64,000 bases of DNA from IMG/VR virus record IMGVR_UViG_3300006145_000003; one strand, given 5' to 3'. Position 1 is the stretch's first letter; each line of letters opens with the position of its first letter. The stretch is from a virus. Lineage: Duplodnaviria > Heunggongvirae > Uroviricota > Caudoviricetes. Of this stretch, positions 38,155 through 47,028 are shown one piece after another. Made by a program: the position numbers and the translations under genes. The notes under the pieces are model-generated. The model did no database searches, had not been told where the DNA came from, and saw only the letters and a program-made list of their open reading frames with translations.

Positions 38155-39072
38155 ATGAACCTGTTAGGAGAATATCAAAATGGGAACTACACAGTGAGCA
38201 TCTTTGATGATGGTACCAAAGTAAGGAAAAATGAGTTGGATTTCTTTGAGCCAGATTATCCAGAGTCTATGGATATCAAAATTACAAACTCCTGTGATAT
38301 GATGTGCCCTTTTTGCCACGAGGCTTCAACGCCAAATGGGAAACACGGTGATATATTGAACCTCCCATTTTTGGATTCGTTACTGCCATATACAGAGCTG
38401 GCTATCGGAGGAGGAAACCCTCTGTCACATCCAGACTTAGTTCCATTTCTCCAAGGCTTGAAAGATAGAAAGCTTATTGCAAATATGACGGTAAATCGGG
38501 TTCATTTCCTGAACAATATACCCCTACTTCAAGAGTTGGTAAACAGGAATCTGATTTATGGGTTAGGCATATCCTTTATCTCTGGCACACCGCTTGAGCA
38601 GGTTTCACATTTAGTGCGTGAAGCCAGCAAATTTTCCAATGCGGTGTTTCATGTTATAAACGGGCTTGTGACTCTAAGAGAGTTATCGGAAATGTCTGGA
38701 GCCAATGCCAAGGTTCTGATTCTAGGGTATAAGCAATTCCGCAGGGGAAAGGAAAACTATAAAGCCCAAGCCGACCAGATTCAAAGCAGGCAGGATGATT
38801 TGTATGATTATCTTCCAATGATAGTCAATGATAGCTGGTTCGATGTGGTAAGTTTTGACAACCTAGCAGTGAAGCAGCTTGACGTGAGTAGGTTGGTCAG
38901 TCCATCTGCGTGGGAGGAGCAGTACATGGGAGACGATGGAAGTTTTACGATGTATGTGGATGCGGTTAACCGAGAGTATGCAGTATGTTCTGTTTCGAAA
39001 GAACGGTATCCCATCACAGGTAACATCAAGGAGATGTTTGGCACCGTAAGAGGTAAGCACGGGGGTGATTGA
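38155..39072 (+). CDS. radical SAM enzyme (CxxxCxxC)
   Basis: ITNSCDMMCPFCHE and glycine-rich LAIGGGNPL SAM motif. Confidence 0.75.
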   Translation: MNLLGEYQNGNYTVSIFDDGTKVRKNELDFFEPDYPESMDIKITNSCDMMCPFCHEASTPNGKHGDILNLPFLDSLLPYTELAIGGGNPLSHPDLVPFLQGLKDRKLIANMTVNRVHFLNNIPLLQELVNRNLIYGLGISFISGTPLEQVSHLVREASKFSNAVFHVINGLVTLRELSEMSGANAKVLILGYKQFRRGKENYKAQADQIQSRQDDLYDYLPMIVNDSWFDVVSFDNLAVKQLDVSRLVSPSAWEEQYMGDDGSFTMYVDAVNREYAVCSVSKERYPITGNIKEMFGTVRGKHGGD

Positions 39073-39076
39073 TACC

Positions 39077-39538
39077 ATGGGGTATTATGATGAATGTTTA
39101 GATGATTTGCGCTCACTAATTCCATCTGGTGAAATGAAACAAGTTATGTTTCAGCGTGAATGTGAACTTGCGGAAAATTTTCTAGGGTTTATTCATGTAT
39201 ATAAGGCTCTAAGTGTGGTGATACCCAAAAGCAAAATAGTAATTGATTTCGGATGTTATCTTGCAGCACAAAGTTATTATTTTGCAGAACACAATAAGTA
39301 TATTGGCGTTGACACGGTACAGTTAAAAAGGTTTTCGCCTAAGAATGCGGTTCACTATGTGATGTCCATCCAGGAGTTCATAAAAAATGAATTAGAAACT
39401 TTATTTTCCGCCAATGACCCAATGGACTTTTTTGCAATTTGTTCTTTTGTTCCGGACGACAATGCAACAAAACTTGTAAGAGAAACCTTTCCTAATGTGT
39501 GCTGCTACTATCTTTCTACCGAAAAGGTTAGTATATAA
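39077..39538 (+). CDS. hypothetical protein, possibly SAM-methyltransferase-like
   Basis: KIVIDFGCYLAAQSYYF vaguely resembles MTase motif I; weak. Confidence 0.3.
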   Translation: MGYYDECLDDLRSLIPSGEMKQVMFQRECELAENFLGFIHVYKALSVVIPKSKIVIDFGCYLAAQSYYFAEHNKYIGVDTVQLKRFSPKNAVHYVMSIQEFIKNELETLFSANDPMDFFAICSFVPDDNATKLVRETFPNVCCYYLSTEKVSI

Positions 39539-39564
39539 TCATTTAGTCAATCATAAAACTTAGG

Positions 39565-39575
39565 TTTGGTGGTGA
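39565..39575 (+). promoter_or_regulatory. Copy of AAAA-N6-TTTGGTGGTGA motif
   Basis: See 30781. Confidence 0.5.
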
Positions 39576-39816
39576 AAAGTAATTCTGGGAAGCGACAGAG
39601 ACCCAGGGCATATCTATTCGTTTTTTGAGTGACCTGGGTGTGCTGTGGGCCACTCAATGTCCACAATGGAGATTTGGGCAGCTCATGGAAAATGTGATGA
39701 GATATATCAGGAATAATGGAGATGACCCATTCTATTTAGAGGAAACCACTTTTCGTGAGTATATAGAGAAGTACCTGAGAGTCAATGGCGAAATCTAGGG
39801 ATTGGAGAGGATATTC

Positions 39817-39981
39817 ATGGGATACCAAATTTATGGTAGCGGTATCGAGATAGATAAGAAGAGCGTTGAAATGGCTGAGCAAATCCTAATAGATAATGGT
39901 ATCGAACCTGATGAGGCCTGTGTTGTATTGCAGGCCGTTGGATACGCATTGTTGGATACAGAGTTATATCCGGAATCATGA
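39817..39981 (+). CDS. small protein (54 aa; below ORF-track cutoff)
   Basis: RBS ggagagg; ATGA-coupled to next gene; preferred over minus ORF 39815-40027. Confidence 0.4.
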   Translation: MGYQIYGSGIEIDKKSVEMAEQILIDNGIEPDEACVVLQAVGYALLDTELYPES

Positions 39982-40187
39982 AATTGCTAGGAGCAGTTCT
40001 AACTGAGGAAAGTTCGTACAAATCCAAGGGTGGATATGTTCTGGTGAAGTACCGCTGCTCTGCGTGTGGACACTCGATTACGTTCCCAGAGCAGCAGGGT
40101 TTTAACTACTGCTATGTATGTGGCGCAAAGATTAGAGAGATTAAGTCACAAACATTATCTTGGAATCCATTGGCTTTATGGAGGTAA
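39978..40187 (+). CDS. zinc-ribbon protein
   Basis: CSACGH...CYVCG. Confidence 0.5.
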   Translation: MKLLGAVLTEESSYKSKGGYVLVKYRCSACGHSITFPEQQGFNYCYVCGAKIREIKSQTLSWNPLALWR

Positions 40188-40190
40188 TGC

Positions 40191-40445
40191 ATGGAGAGTA
40201 AATTGGAGTATGAGTATATAATCGACTATATTAACAGTGCATTCTTTGACAATGAAGTTTGCCGTGACCAGCTCCGGTGTTTGTGGACGGCTTATTGCTT
40301 GCACTGTGATATCGAGGTTGACACTGATAGGTACGACAGTAATCTTCTGCAGTTGTGGGGAGAGCTGCTTAAGACAGAGGAAGATACGGCGGATTGGTCG
40401 GGGTATGAGAGCTTTGACAATTATATGTGTAGATACCTTGTGTGA
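40191..40445 (+). CDS. hypothetical protein
   Basis: RBS ggaggt. Confidence 0.45.
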   Translation: MESKLEYEYIIDYINSAFFDNEVCRDQLRCLWTAYCLHCDIEVDTDRYDSNLLQLWGELLKTEEDTADWSGYESFDNYMCRYLV

Positions 40446-40525
40446 GGGATGTAGATGAATACGCAGAATACAGCAAAAGCACTTCGTGAATATGAATATG
40501 AGTTTTGTTTATATTTGCGGAGAAT

Positions 40526-41425
40526 TTAAACATCCAAAAAGGCATCCAATATATCAAAGTACTTATTGAAGTTATTAAACACGTTATTGCTATACGGAAA
40601 AGAAATGCTAATTGAAAATTTCTCGGCATCTTGCACATTGATGGAGAAGTCTATAGGAAAATCTGTTGTAGTAAGGGTGTACTCTTTCTTTTCTCCATTG
40701 TCTGCAGTGAGCAGAACCTGGGCTTCTCCATTAAATCCGCTACCAAAACCTCCAGAAGTTGGTGAAATATCATCAAAACAAATCTTCCCTGATAACTCAT
40801 GATACTTTTTTTCAAGATTATATATTATTTCAAATGGAGTATAACCACAAACAGATATAGTGTTGTCATATGAAATTCCACCAGCCGCAGCAGTAAAACC
40901 CTTTTCGAATCCACTTCCCTGCAACGTACTAAAATCACTATTTACAATGTAACCATGTGTATCAACAGTTTTTGCTAATGTAGCAGAGGAGAGCGGAGTG
41001 AGGGGTTGGAGAGTAGGTTCTGGAAGCGGTTCAGAAACAGAAGATTGTTGTTTGAGCTTTGAATTTTCTTCGGACAAGGAGGAAAGTTGTTTTTCCAGCT
41101 CAGAACGTTCTGATTGCAAGGCGGAAACAGTATCCTCTAAAACTCGCTTTTCGACTTCGAGTTTTGAAGTTAAGGACTTATAATCTTCACTCTCTGACAT
41201 TACATTGTTTAACGTGGCATTATAATAAACATTGATGTTTTCTCCCTCAATGTTTTTAACGCCTTCAAGTTTTTCAATAGTTTCTTCTTGAATTGTAATT
41301 TGTCCATCTTCAAATCCTTCAGAATATCCTATGTTTTGACCAACGACAAAAGAAGGGATGATTCCAATGAGGGCAGTGATAACAGGTATAATCTTTTTGA
41401 TTATAAATTCTGTGTCTTTTTTCAT
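40526..41425 (-). CDS. membrane-anchored coiled-coil protein (N-terminal TM)
   Basis: Minus-strand RBS aagggaagga; TM IIPVITALIGIIPSFVV then coiled coil. Confidence 0.6.
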   Translation of the reverse strand: MKKDTEFIIKKIIPVITALIGIIPSFVVGQNIGYSEGFEDGQITIQEETIEKLEGVKNIEGENINVYYNATLNNVMSESEDYKSLTSKLEVEKRVLEDTVSALQSERSELEKQLSSLSEENSKLKQQSSVSEPLPEPTLQPLTPLSSATLAKTVDTHGYIVNSDFSTLQGSGFEKGFTAAAGGISYDNTISVCGYTPFEIIYNLEKKYHELSGKICFDDISPTSGGFGSGFNGEAQVLLTADNGEKKEYTLTTTDFPIDFSINVQDAEKFSISISFPYSNNVFNNFNKYFDILDAFLDV

Positions 41426-41499
41426 ATTAACACATCCTTCCCTTTTTATATTATATCAAATCTAAATGCAAAATGCAATAAGTGTTAATAAAAGTTCAG

Positions 41500-41510
41500 T
41501 TTGGTGGTAT
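41500..41510 (+). promoter_or_regulatory. Copy of AAAA-N6-TTTGGTGGTAT motif
   Basis: See 30781. Confidence 0.4.
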
Positions 41511-41727
41511 AAATTAGGGTATATACCGCTATTACGGGATGGAACCTGTGGAACGATATGACATAAATATTTATGGATATTCAAGCCCATTTATTGCCCT
41601 GGATGATGAAGAACTTGAGTAGTATTTGACCCACTGACATAACAGCTTTGTATATTGGCTGCAGATACATATTTCATATTTTGCAGCGGCTTCTCGCCAA
41701 TAGCAGAAGTAAGAGTTCGACACTTAC

Positions 41728-41812
41728 GTTTTCAGACTGAACAAGAACTCTCGGCGCATTTGCGCCGCACGGTCTCACAACATCGGTTGTTCGACCGTGA
41801 CAGTCTGAAAAC
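41728..41812. repeat. Imperfect long inverted repeat (gttttcagactg ... cagtctgaaaac with nested gaacaag/ttgttc) upstream of serine recombinase; candidate attP/recombination site
   Basis: 12-bp perfect arms read directly, ~61 bp apart. Confidence 0.4.
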
Positions 41813-41892
41813 TACCTTTATGCACATCGCGCTTACCCAATAACTCTACGCGATGCGGAAAGCTGTTACATAATATATAAGGAGGGATAAGG

Positions 41893-42975
41893 TTGACAAA
41901 TCATGACCGGAAAGAGAGTGCTCGGAATGAAATTCGTTCGGCCTTTGAAAACAAGGGACGAGTTGAATATATCCCCCCGTCGGAACCAATGGCCAAGTCA
42001 AATAATGAGAAACATAGGCTGAAGGTTGCAGTTTATTGTAGAGTAAGTACAGATAATTTGAACCAAGCTGGTAGCTATGAATTACAGATTCAAACTTATA
42101 AGGAGTATGTTTCATCTCATCCAGAATGGGAGTTGGTTGAGATTTATGCAGATGGAGGGATTTCAGGCACATCAACACGGCATAGAGTAGCTTTTAATAA
42201 AATGATTGAAGATTGTAAAGCAGGAAAAACCGATATGATAATCACAAAGAGCATTTCAAGGTTCGCAAGGAATGTAGTAGACTGTGTTTCGATAGTACGG
42301 TCATTAAAGTCTTTGAATCCACCAGTTGCCGTTCTGTTTGAAGACGTTAATATTAACACACTAACCCAGACGGGCGAACTGTTAATGGTGGTGATGGCGG
42401 CTCTTGCCCAAGGAGAATCCGAAGCTAAGTCTGTAAGTGTTAAATGGGGATTTAGGAGAAGGTTTGAAGCTGGAATCCCGAAAATATCGCCTTTATATGG
42501 ATTTGAAAAGGATGGTAGAAATCTATATGTCAATGAAACCGAAGCAGCCGTGGTACGACTAATGTTTCAAATGTTCGATGATGGATATAGTATATCTGAC
42601 ATTTGTGTGGTTTTAAATTCCCGAAATATTCTTTCGCCGAAGGGTGTACAATGGAGCTATTCAACTGTTAAAAATATATTGCACAATGAGAAGTATTGTG
42701 GAGATGTGATAATGCAGAAAACCGTATGCGTAGATATGTTTTCACATAGGTCAGTGCCAAATACAGGACAAGCTGGAAAGTATAAAATGGAAAACTATCA
42801 TGCTCCAATTGTTGAAAAGACACAATGGGAACGGATACAAAAAAAGCTGGAAAAAAATAAGTCAACTCATCAGGATGCTTGGAGGTATTGGCTAGAGGAA
42901 CAAGGTGTTGGCGACGAGCGGCCAGCTATACTTAACAATTTCATTCAAATAAAGAATCGCCGAAGGGGGAAATAA
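41893..42975 (+). CDS. serine recombinase (resolvase/integrase family)
   Basis: VAVYCRVSTDNLNQ catalytic Ser motif, SYELQ, recombinase domain GYSISDICVVLN. Confidence 0.85.
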   Translation: MTNHDRKESARNEIRSAFENKGRVEYIPPSEPMAKSNNEKHRLKVAVYCRVSTDNLNQAGSYELQIQTYKEYVSSHPEWELVEIYADGGISGTSTRHRVAFNKMIEDCKAGKTDMIITKSISRFARNVVDCVSIVRSLKSLNPPVAVLFEDVNINTLTQTGELLMVVMAALAQGESEAKSVSVKWGFRRRFEAGIPKISPLYGFEKDGRNLYVNETEAAVVRLMFQMFDDGYSISDICVVLNSRNILSPKGVQWSYSTVKNILHNEKYCGDVIMQKTVCVDMFSHRSVPNTGQAGKYKMENYHAPIVEKTQWERIQKKLEKNKSTHQDAWRYWLEEQGVGDERPAILNNFIQIKNRRRGK

Positions 42976-42978
42976 ATA

Positions 42979-43476
42979 ATGTCTGTTCTGGACTATTTTG
43001 ATGTTATTGAGGTTCCACGTACTTTTAGTATTGCGGAGGTGAAAGTGCTGAAGAACAAAGTTTCGTTTAACCTTTCGACCGCTTCTGAACTGGGATATCC
43101 TCCATATGTGCGCCTCTTTATAAGTAAAGACAAGACACAATTGGCGGTTCAACCATGTGCAAAAGAAGCTGCAAATGCGATGCAGTTCTTCAAAAATCCA
43201 AACCAAAGTAAAAAGAGACGAAGAGTAGTAAGCGTTGGGAATAGGGCTTTGACGTCACTGATTAAGGCTGGGATGGGTTTCGAAATGTCAAAAATAGTAT
43301 GTGCTCCGGGTATAAGATTCGGGGACGAAAATGTAATTATTTTTGATTTGAAACAATCATATGAACATCAAACACCAACTGTGGAGAAAAGACTTTGCAC
43401 TATTCCGCGCCCTGCACTCCCATTTCAGGCTCTCCCTGCAGAATATTTTAGTGACGGAATTAGTGTAACTTCCTAA
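42979..43476 (+). CDS. hypothetical protein between the two recombinases
   Basis: ORF. Confidence 0.45.
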   Translation: MSVLDYFDVIEVPRTFSIAEVKVLKNKVSFNLSTASELGYPPYVRLFISKDKTQLAVQPCAKEAANAMQFFKNPNQSKKRRRVVSVGNRALTSLIKAGMGFEMSKIVCAPGIRFGDENVIIFDLKQSYEHQTPTVEKRLCTIPRPALPFQALPAEYFSDGISVTS

Positions 43477-43494
43477 CCAAATGGAGGTTAAATA

Positions 43495-44322
43495 ATGTCA
43501 AATATAATAAAAGTTGATTTTGCCACGAAAACAACTGAGAATAATGTTATAGACGTTAGGGTTGTCCAAAATAGCAACCGAAAGCTCAAAACCGGATTGA
43601 TAGCGCCAGCATCAGAAAGAGTAGAACAAGAACTCGCTCAAGAGCACGCAGCAGAACCTATTAAGGATATGAATGACATCATTCGGATATCTCAGTATCT
43701 GATTAGCAAGGAACGGTTTCGAGATAACATGCTCTTTATCGTTGGAATAAACTTTGGGTTAAGGGTAAGCGACCTCAGAATGTTGCGGTTCTCAAATCTA
43801 ATAAATGATGATTTTACATTTAGAGATAGATTCCCCATTCTTGAGAAGAAGACCAAGAACACGCGTAAACGGCAAAGAAATAGGTATATCACAATTAACT
43901 CGGCGGTTATTGATGCAGTTACGCTATACCTGGAGAACACCCCTGGAGTCAGGTTGGACGATTATATGTTTAAAAGCGTATCTAACAATAGTAGCGGCAA
44001 AAATGCACCAATGAGTAAGCAAGGTGTTGATTTGATATTGAAGGGGGTCGCCAGAGACCTCGGTTTGGGTAATAGAATGGCGACACATTCACTGCGTAAA
44101 ACGTTTGCTTATCACCAGATGGTTATGAGCGGCAACGACCCAAGGAAACTTCTACTCCTACAAAAGATGTTTGGCCATTCCAGTGCGGCACAGACTCTTG
44201 ATTATATAGGTATCACTAGCGAAGAAATAGATGACGCATACAGAAACCTCAATCTCGGTAGTATAACTCAGAACTATATGATGAAGACAGACATAAAAGA
44301 ATATGAAATAGGGAGCGCCTAA
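43495..44322 (+). CDS. tyrosine recombinase / phage integrase family
   Basis: C-terminal HSLRKTFAYHQ...GHSS...TLDY (R-H-R-Y box). Confidence 0.8.
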   Translation: MSNIIKVDFATKTTENNVIDVRVVQNSNRKLKTGLIAPASERVEQELAQEHAAEPIKDMNDIIRISQYLISKERFRDNMLFIVGINFGLRVSDLRMLRFSNLINDDFTFRDRFPILEKKTKNTRKRQRNRYITINSAVIDAVTLYLENTPGVRLDDYMFKSVSNNSSGKNAPMSKQGVDLILKGVARDLGLGNRMATHSLRKTFAYHQMVMSGNDPRKLLLLQKMFGHSSAAQTLDYIGITSEEIDDAYRNLNLGSITQNYMMKTDIKEYEIGSA

Positions 44323-44324
44323 GT

Positions 44325-44678
44325 ATGACATATGAAGAGTTAGTCGATTTCATGAAAGTTGATGAAACAGTAGTTGTTGGTAAAAATTTCCAACAAAGAC
44401 GAGATGCCGTTAACATTTTGCTTGACATGGGATTTGAATATGAACTTACTACAGAGGATTATTTGAACAAGAGTGAAGAATCTGACGATGAAAGATTTTT
44501 AAATCCTGGAATTAGTAATTTCCAGATACTTTGCTTTAACTCCCAATATGCTCCTCACAATTCCATAAAATTCTCTGAGGTAATGGAGATAATGAATAGA
44601 GCGGATGAAGCTAAAAATAAGGTAGAGGATAAAAAGGAGTTTGAAAAACGGTTTCATGTTTTGATGAGAGGGGAGTAA
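44325..44678 (+). CDS. hypothetical protein
   Basis: ORF. Confidence 0.45.
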   Translation: MTYEELVDFMKVDETVVVGKNFQQRRDAVNILLDMGFEYELTTEDYLNKSEESDDERFLNPGISNFQILCFNSQYAPHNSIKFSEVMEIMNRADEAKNKVEDKKEFEKRFHVLMRGE

Positions 44679-44682
44679 TATT

Positions 44683-45285
44683 GTGGCAAATGTAAAGATT
44701 AGCCCTGGAAATTCGAAACTCGGCGCAATACCAAGCGTTTCACTACCGTCTATTAAGACCTGCAGAAAATGTGATTGCCAGAAAAAATGTTATGCTCATA
44801 GATTAGAAAGAATAAGGAAAAGTGTTCGAGAAGCATACCAGCATAACTATGAAGTCTTGCAAGAGAATCCAGAAGTGTATTGGCGGGAGGTCGAAGCGGC
44901 AGTAATGCTTGCGCGGTTCTTCCGCTTTCATGTTTCTGGCGATATCATAAACACTGATTATCTGGCTCACATGGTAGCTATCGCTACTAGGAATAAACAC
45001 TGTCAAATCCTGTGTTTCACCAAGAGATATAAGATGGTGAATGAATACATAGAGCAGAACGGTAATTTTCCAAATAATTTACATATGATTTTTAGTGGGT
45101 GGGTTGGCCTAGAAATGGTCAATCCTTTTTCTTTGCCTGAGGCGCATGTTAGATACCGTGATGGTTCTACCACGGCTCGGGCTGGAGCGCATGAGTGTGG
45201 AGGTAATTGCTCGGAATGTGCAGTAACCGAGGGAGGATGTTGGGCGCTTAAAGCGGGGGAACAGGTAGTTTTCAATGAACATTAG
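44683..45285 (+). CDS. Cys-rich hypothetical protein (GTG start)
   Basis: ORF; CRKCDCQKKC. Confidence 0.45.
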   Translation: MANVKISPGNSKLGAIPSVSLPSIKTCRKCDCQKKCYAHRLERIRKSVREAYQHNYEVLQENPEVYWREVEAAVMLARFFRFHVSGDIINTDYLAHMVAIATRNKHCQILCFTKRYKMVNEYIEQNGNFPNNLHMIFSGWVGLEMVNPFSLPEAHVRYRDGSTTARAGAHECGGNCSECAVTEGGCWALKAGEQVVFNEH

Positions 45286-45321
45286 CATACTTATATGCCG
45301 ATGTAGGCGGTAATATGGGGG

Positions 45322-46161
45322 GTGGGAATAACGGTGAAAAATGATACAATTTCCATAGATGAACTAAAAATGATAAACCACTATACCCGGCATAACTGTG
45401 AGTCTGATGAATTGTACACATTTTCCATGGTGTTGTGCGACAACGAGGTGGACGTGGACTTTGAACGGTTCTCCGTTGATAGCCTGGAGAAACTACAGAA
45501 ACTGTTTTTGGGGAAGTCCTGTATCTTCGGTCATGAGCGCAGGAGCGCCAATCAGACGGCGCGGATATACCAAACAAGGCTTGAAGAAAGGACATGGAAA
45601 ACCACTCAGGCTGGAGAAATTTTTGTGCAGTTGATGGCTAAAGCATATATGCCAAAGAATAAGTGGAATGAGGAAATTATTGAACTCATTGAGAGTGGCA
45701 TACTCAAGGAAGTTAGCATAAGTTGCAGCGTAAAGCGTAGCGTTTGCTCTATCTGCGGCAAGGAGAGTTGCCAGCACGTAAAGGGCGGAAACTATAACGG
45801 CAAGCAGGCTCATACGGTTCTACTGGAACCTATGGATGCGTATGAGTGCTCGTTTGTGGTCACACCTACAAGGCGAGCTAATACGATAACAAAGAAAAAA
45901 GACAATGTCGACCTTGCTTTTTATAGTAGAAATGTACATGGCGGTGTAGAGAAGAATCTTTCTACAGACAATTCAAGTCATGAGCAAATACTGCGGAGTT
46001 ATGTGAAGTTTTCAGCTGACTTACGAAGCGCGGTAGAATTTTATAAGGTATATAGGCCCGACCTTCCAGACGTAATCGCAACATATAATAAAGCCGCTGA
46101 TGTTATTGACGCTTTACTTGAGTTAAAGAATAAGGCCACCATTAGGTGGCCTTTGGGCTAG
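45322..46161 (+). CDS. hypothetical protein, possibly prohead protease (S78/U35-like)
   Basis: Loose resemblance: FSMV..N..DVDFERFSVDSL and ELIESGILKEVSISCSV; weak. Confidence 0.3.
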   Translation: MGITVKNDTISIDELKMINHYTRHNCESDELYTFSMVLCDNEVDVDFERFSVDSLEKLQKLFLGKSCIFGHERRSANQTARIYQTRLEERTWKTTQAGEIFVQLMAKAYMPKNKWNEEIIELIESGILKEVSISCSVKRSVCSICGKESCQHVKGGNYNGKQAHTVLLEPMDAYECSFVVTPTRRANTITKKKDNVDLAFYSRNVHGGVEKNLSTDNSSHEQILRSYVKFSADLRSAVEFYKVYRPDLPDVIATYNKAADVIDALLELKNKATIRWPLG

Positions 46162-46364
46162 TCGAGCTCTATTCCGAGTTTTTCCGCAATCTCGTTAGCT
46201 GTCAAACCAAGCTCTTTGGCTTTCGCCATAACAGTCCTCATGTTGACTGGATGCAGAAGCTTTTCTTTTTGAGCTTCGAGAGATGCAAGTTCGGCTTTCT
46301 TTTTATCAATTTTTTGTTCCAGAACAGAAAGTCTCTCCTCTTTAGACCTGACATTTCGAGCCAT
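46158..46364 (-). CDS. small coiled-coil protein on minus strand
   Basis: Strong minus-strand RBS ggaggtg. Confidence 0.5.
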   Translation of the reverse strand: MARNVRSKEERLSVLEQKIDKKKAELASLEAQKEKLLHPVNMRTVMAKAKELGLTANEIAEKLGIELD

Positions 46365-46463
46365 AATATAAACACCTCCAATTGGATTTTAGAACATTAT
46401 AAATCATAAATCTCAAGAAGTCAACGTGCAGATTATATAAAATGAAGATTGGGTGGAATGAAA

Positions 46464-46688
46464 ATGACAAATGAACTTTGGATTCGCTCTAAATTGACCA
46501 CTAAAACAATTGCAAAACTGCTCTTATATCATGACCGCATAGAGGAATTTGATTATAACTACGACGATGAGTTAGAGTGCGTGAGACTCAAAGACATATG
46601 GATAGCACATGACGGCCAAGAGTTTGAATCATTAGACGAGGCGATATGCTATGAAGTAAATTGGTTATCCTGTCAATATGCAGAGTGA
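46464..46688 (+). CDS. small hypothetical protein
   Basis: ORF. Confidence 0.4.
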   Translation: MTNELWIRSKLTTKTIAKLLLYHDRIEEFDYNYDDELECVRLKDIWIAHDGQEFESLDEAICYEVNWLSCQYAE

Positions 46689-46706
46689 TGGGAAAGGAGG
46701 GTATTT

Positions 46707-46949
46707 ATGATAAATGAAAAGACCAAAGAAAAATATGAACGCTTAACGAAAGAGGGTGGCGATTATTGCCGTGATGTGTGTGGTATGTCAACATGCAAGC
46801 GCATCTCTGAAACTGGACAACGATGTAGTGATGCCTATAGGTATGACCGGTTGCGCGAATATGAGGATATTGGAATGTCACCCTCAGAGCTAAAAAAGCT
46901 AATAGCTACGTTTAGACAGAAGTCTGTTGGAAAAAATCATGTGGCATAA
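46707..46949 (+). CDS. small hypothetical protein
   Basis: Strong RBS aaaggaggg. Confidence 0.5.
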   Translation: MINEKTKEKYERLTKEGGDYCRDVCGMSTCKRISETGQRCSDAYRYDRLREYEDIGMSPSELKKLIATFRQKSVGKNHVA

Positions 46950-47028
46950 TCCGTTGCCACCCAACGTTTTGTGCCGTGTGTGATGGCGAGTATATGTGCA
47001 TATATACGGCAAAAGGAGGAAGCTGAAA

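Noticed and set aside
39815-40027. 70-aa minus ORF
   Set aside because: A + strand 54-aa ORF with RBS, ATGA-coupled to the next gene, fits the co-directional gene flow
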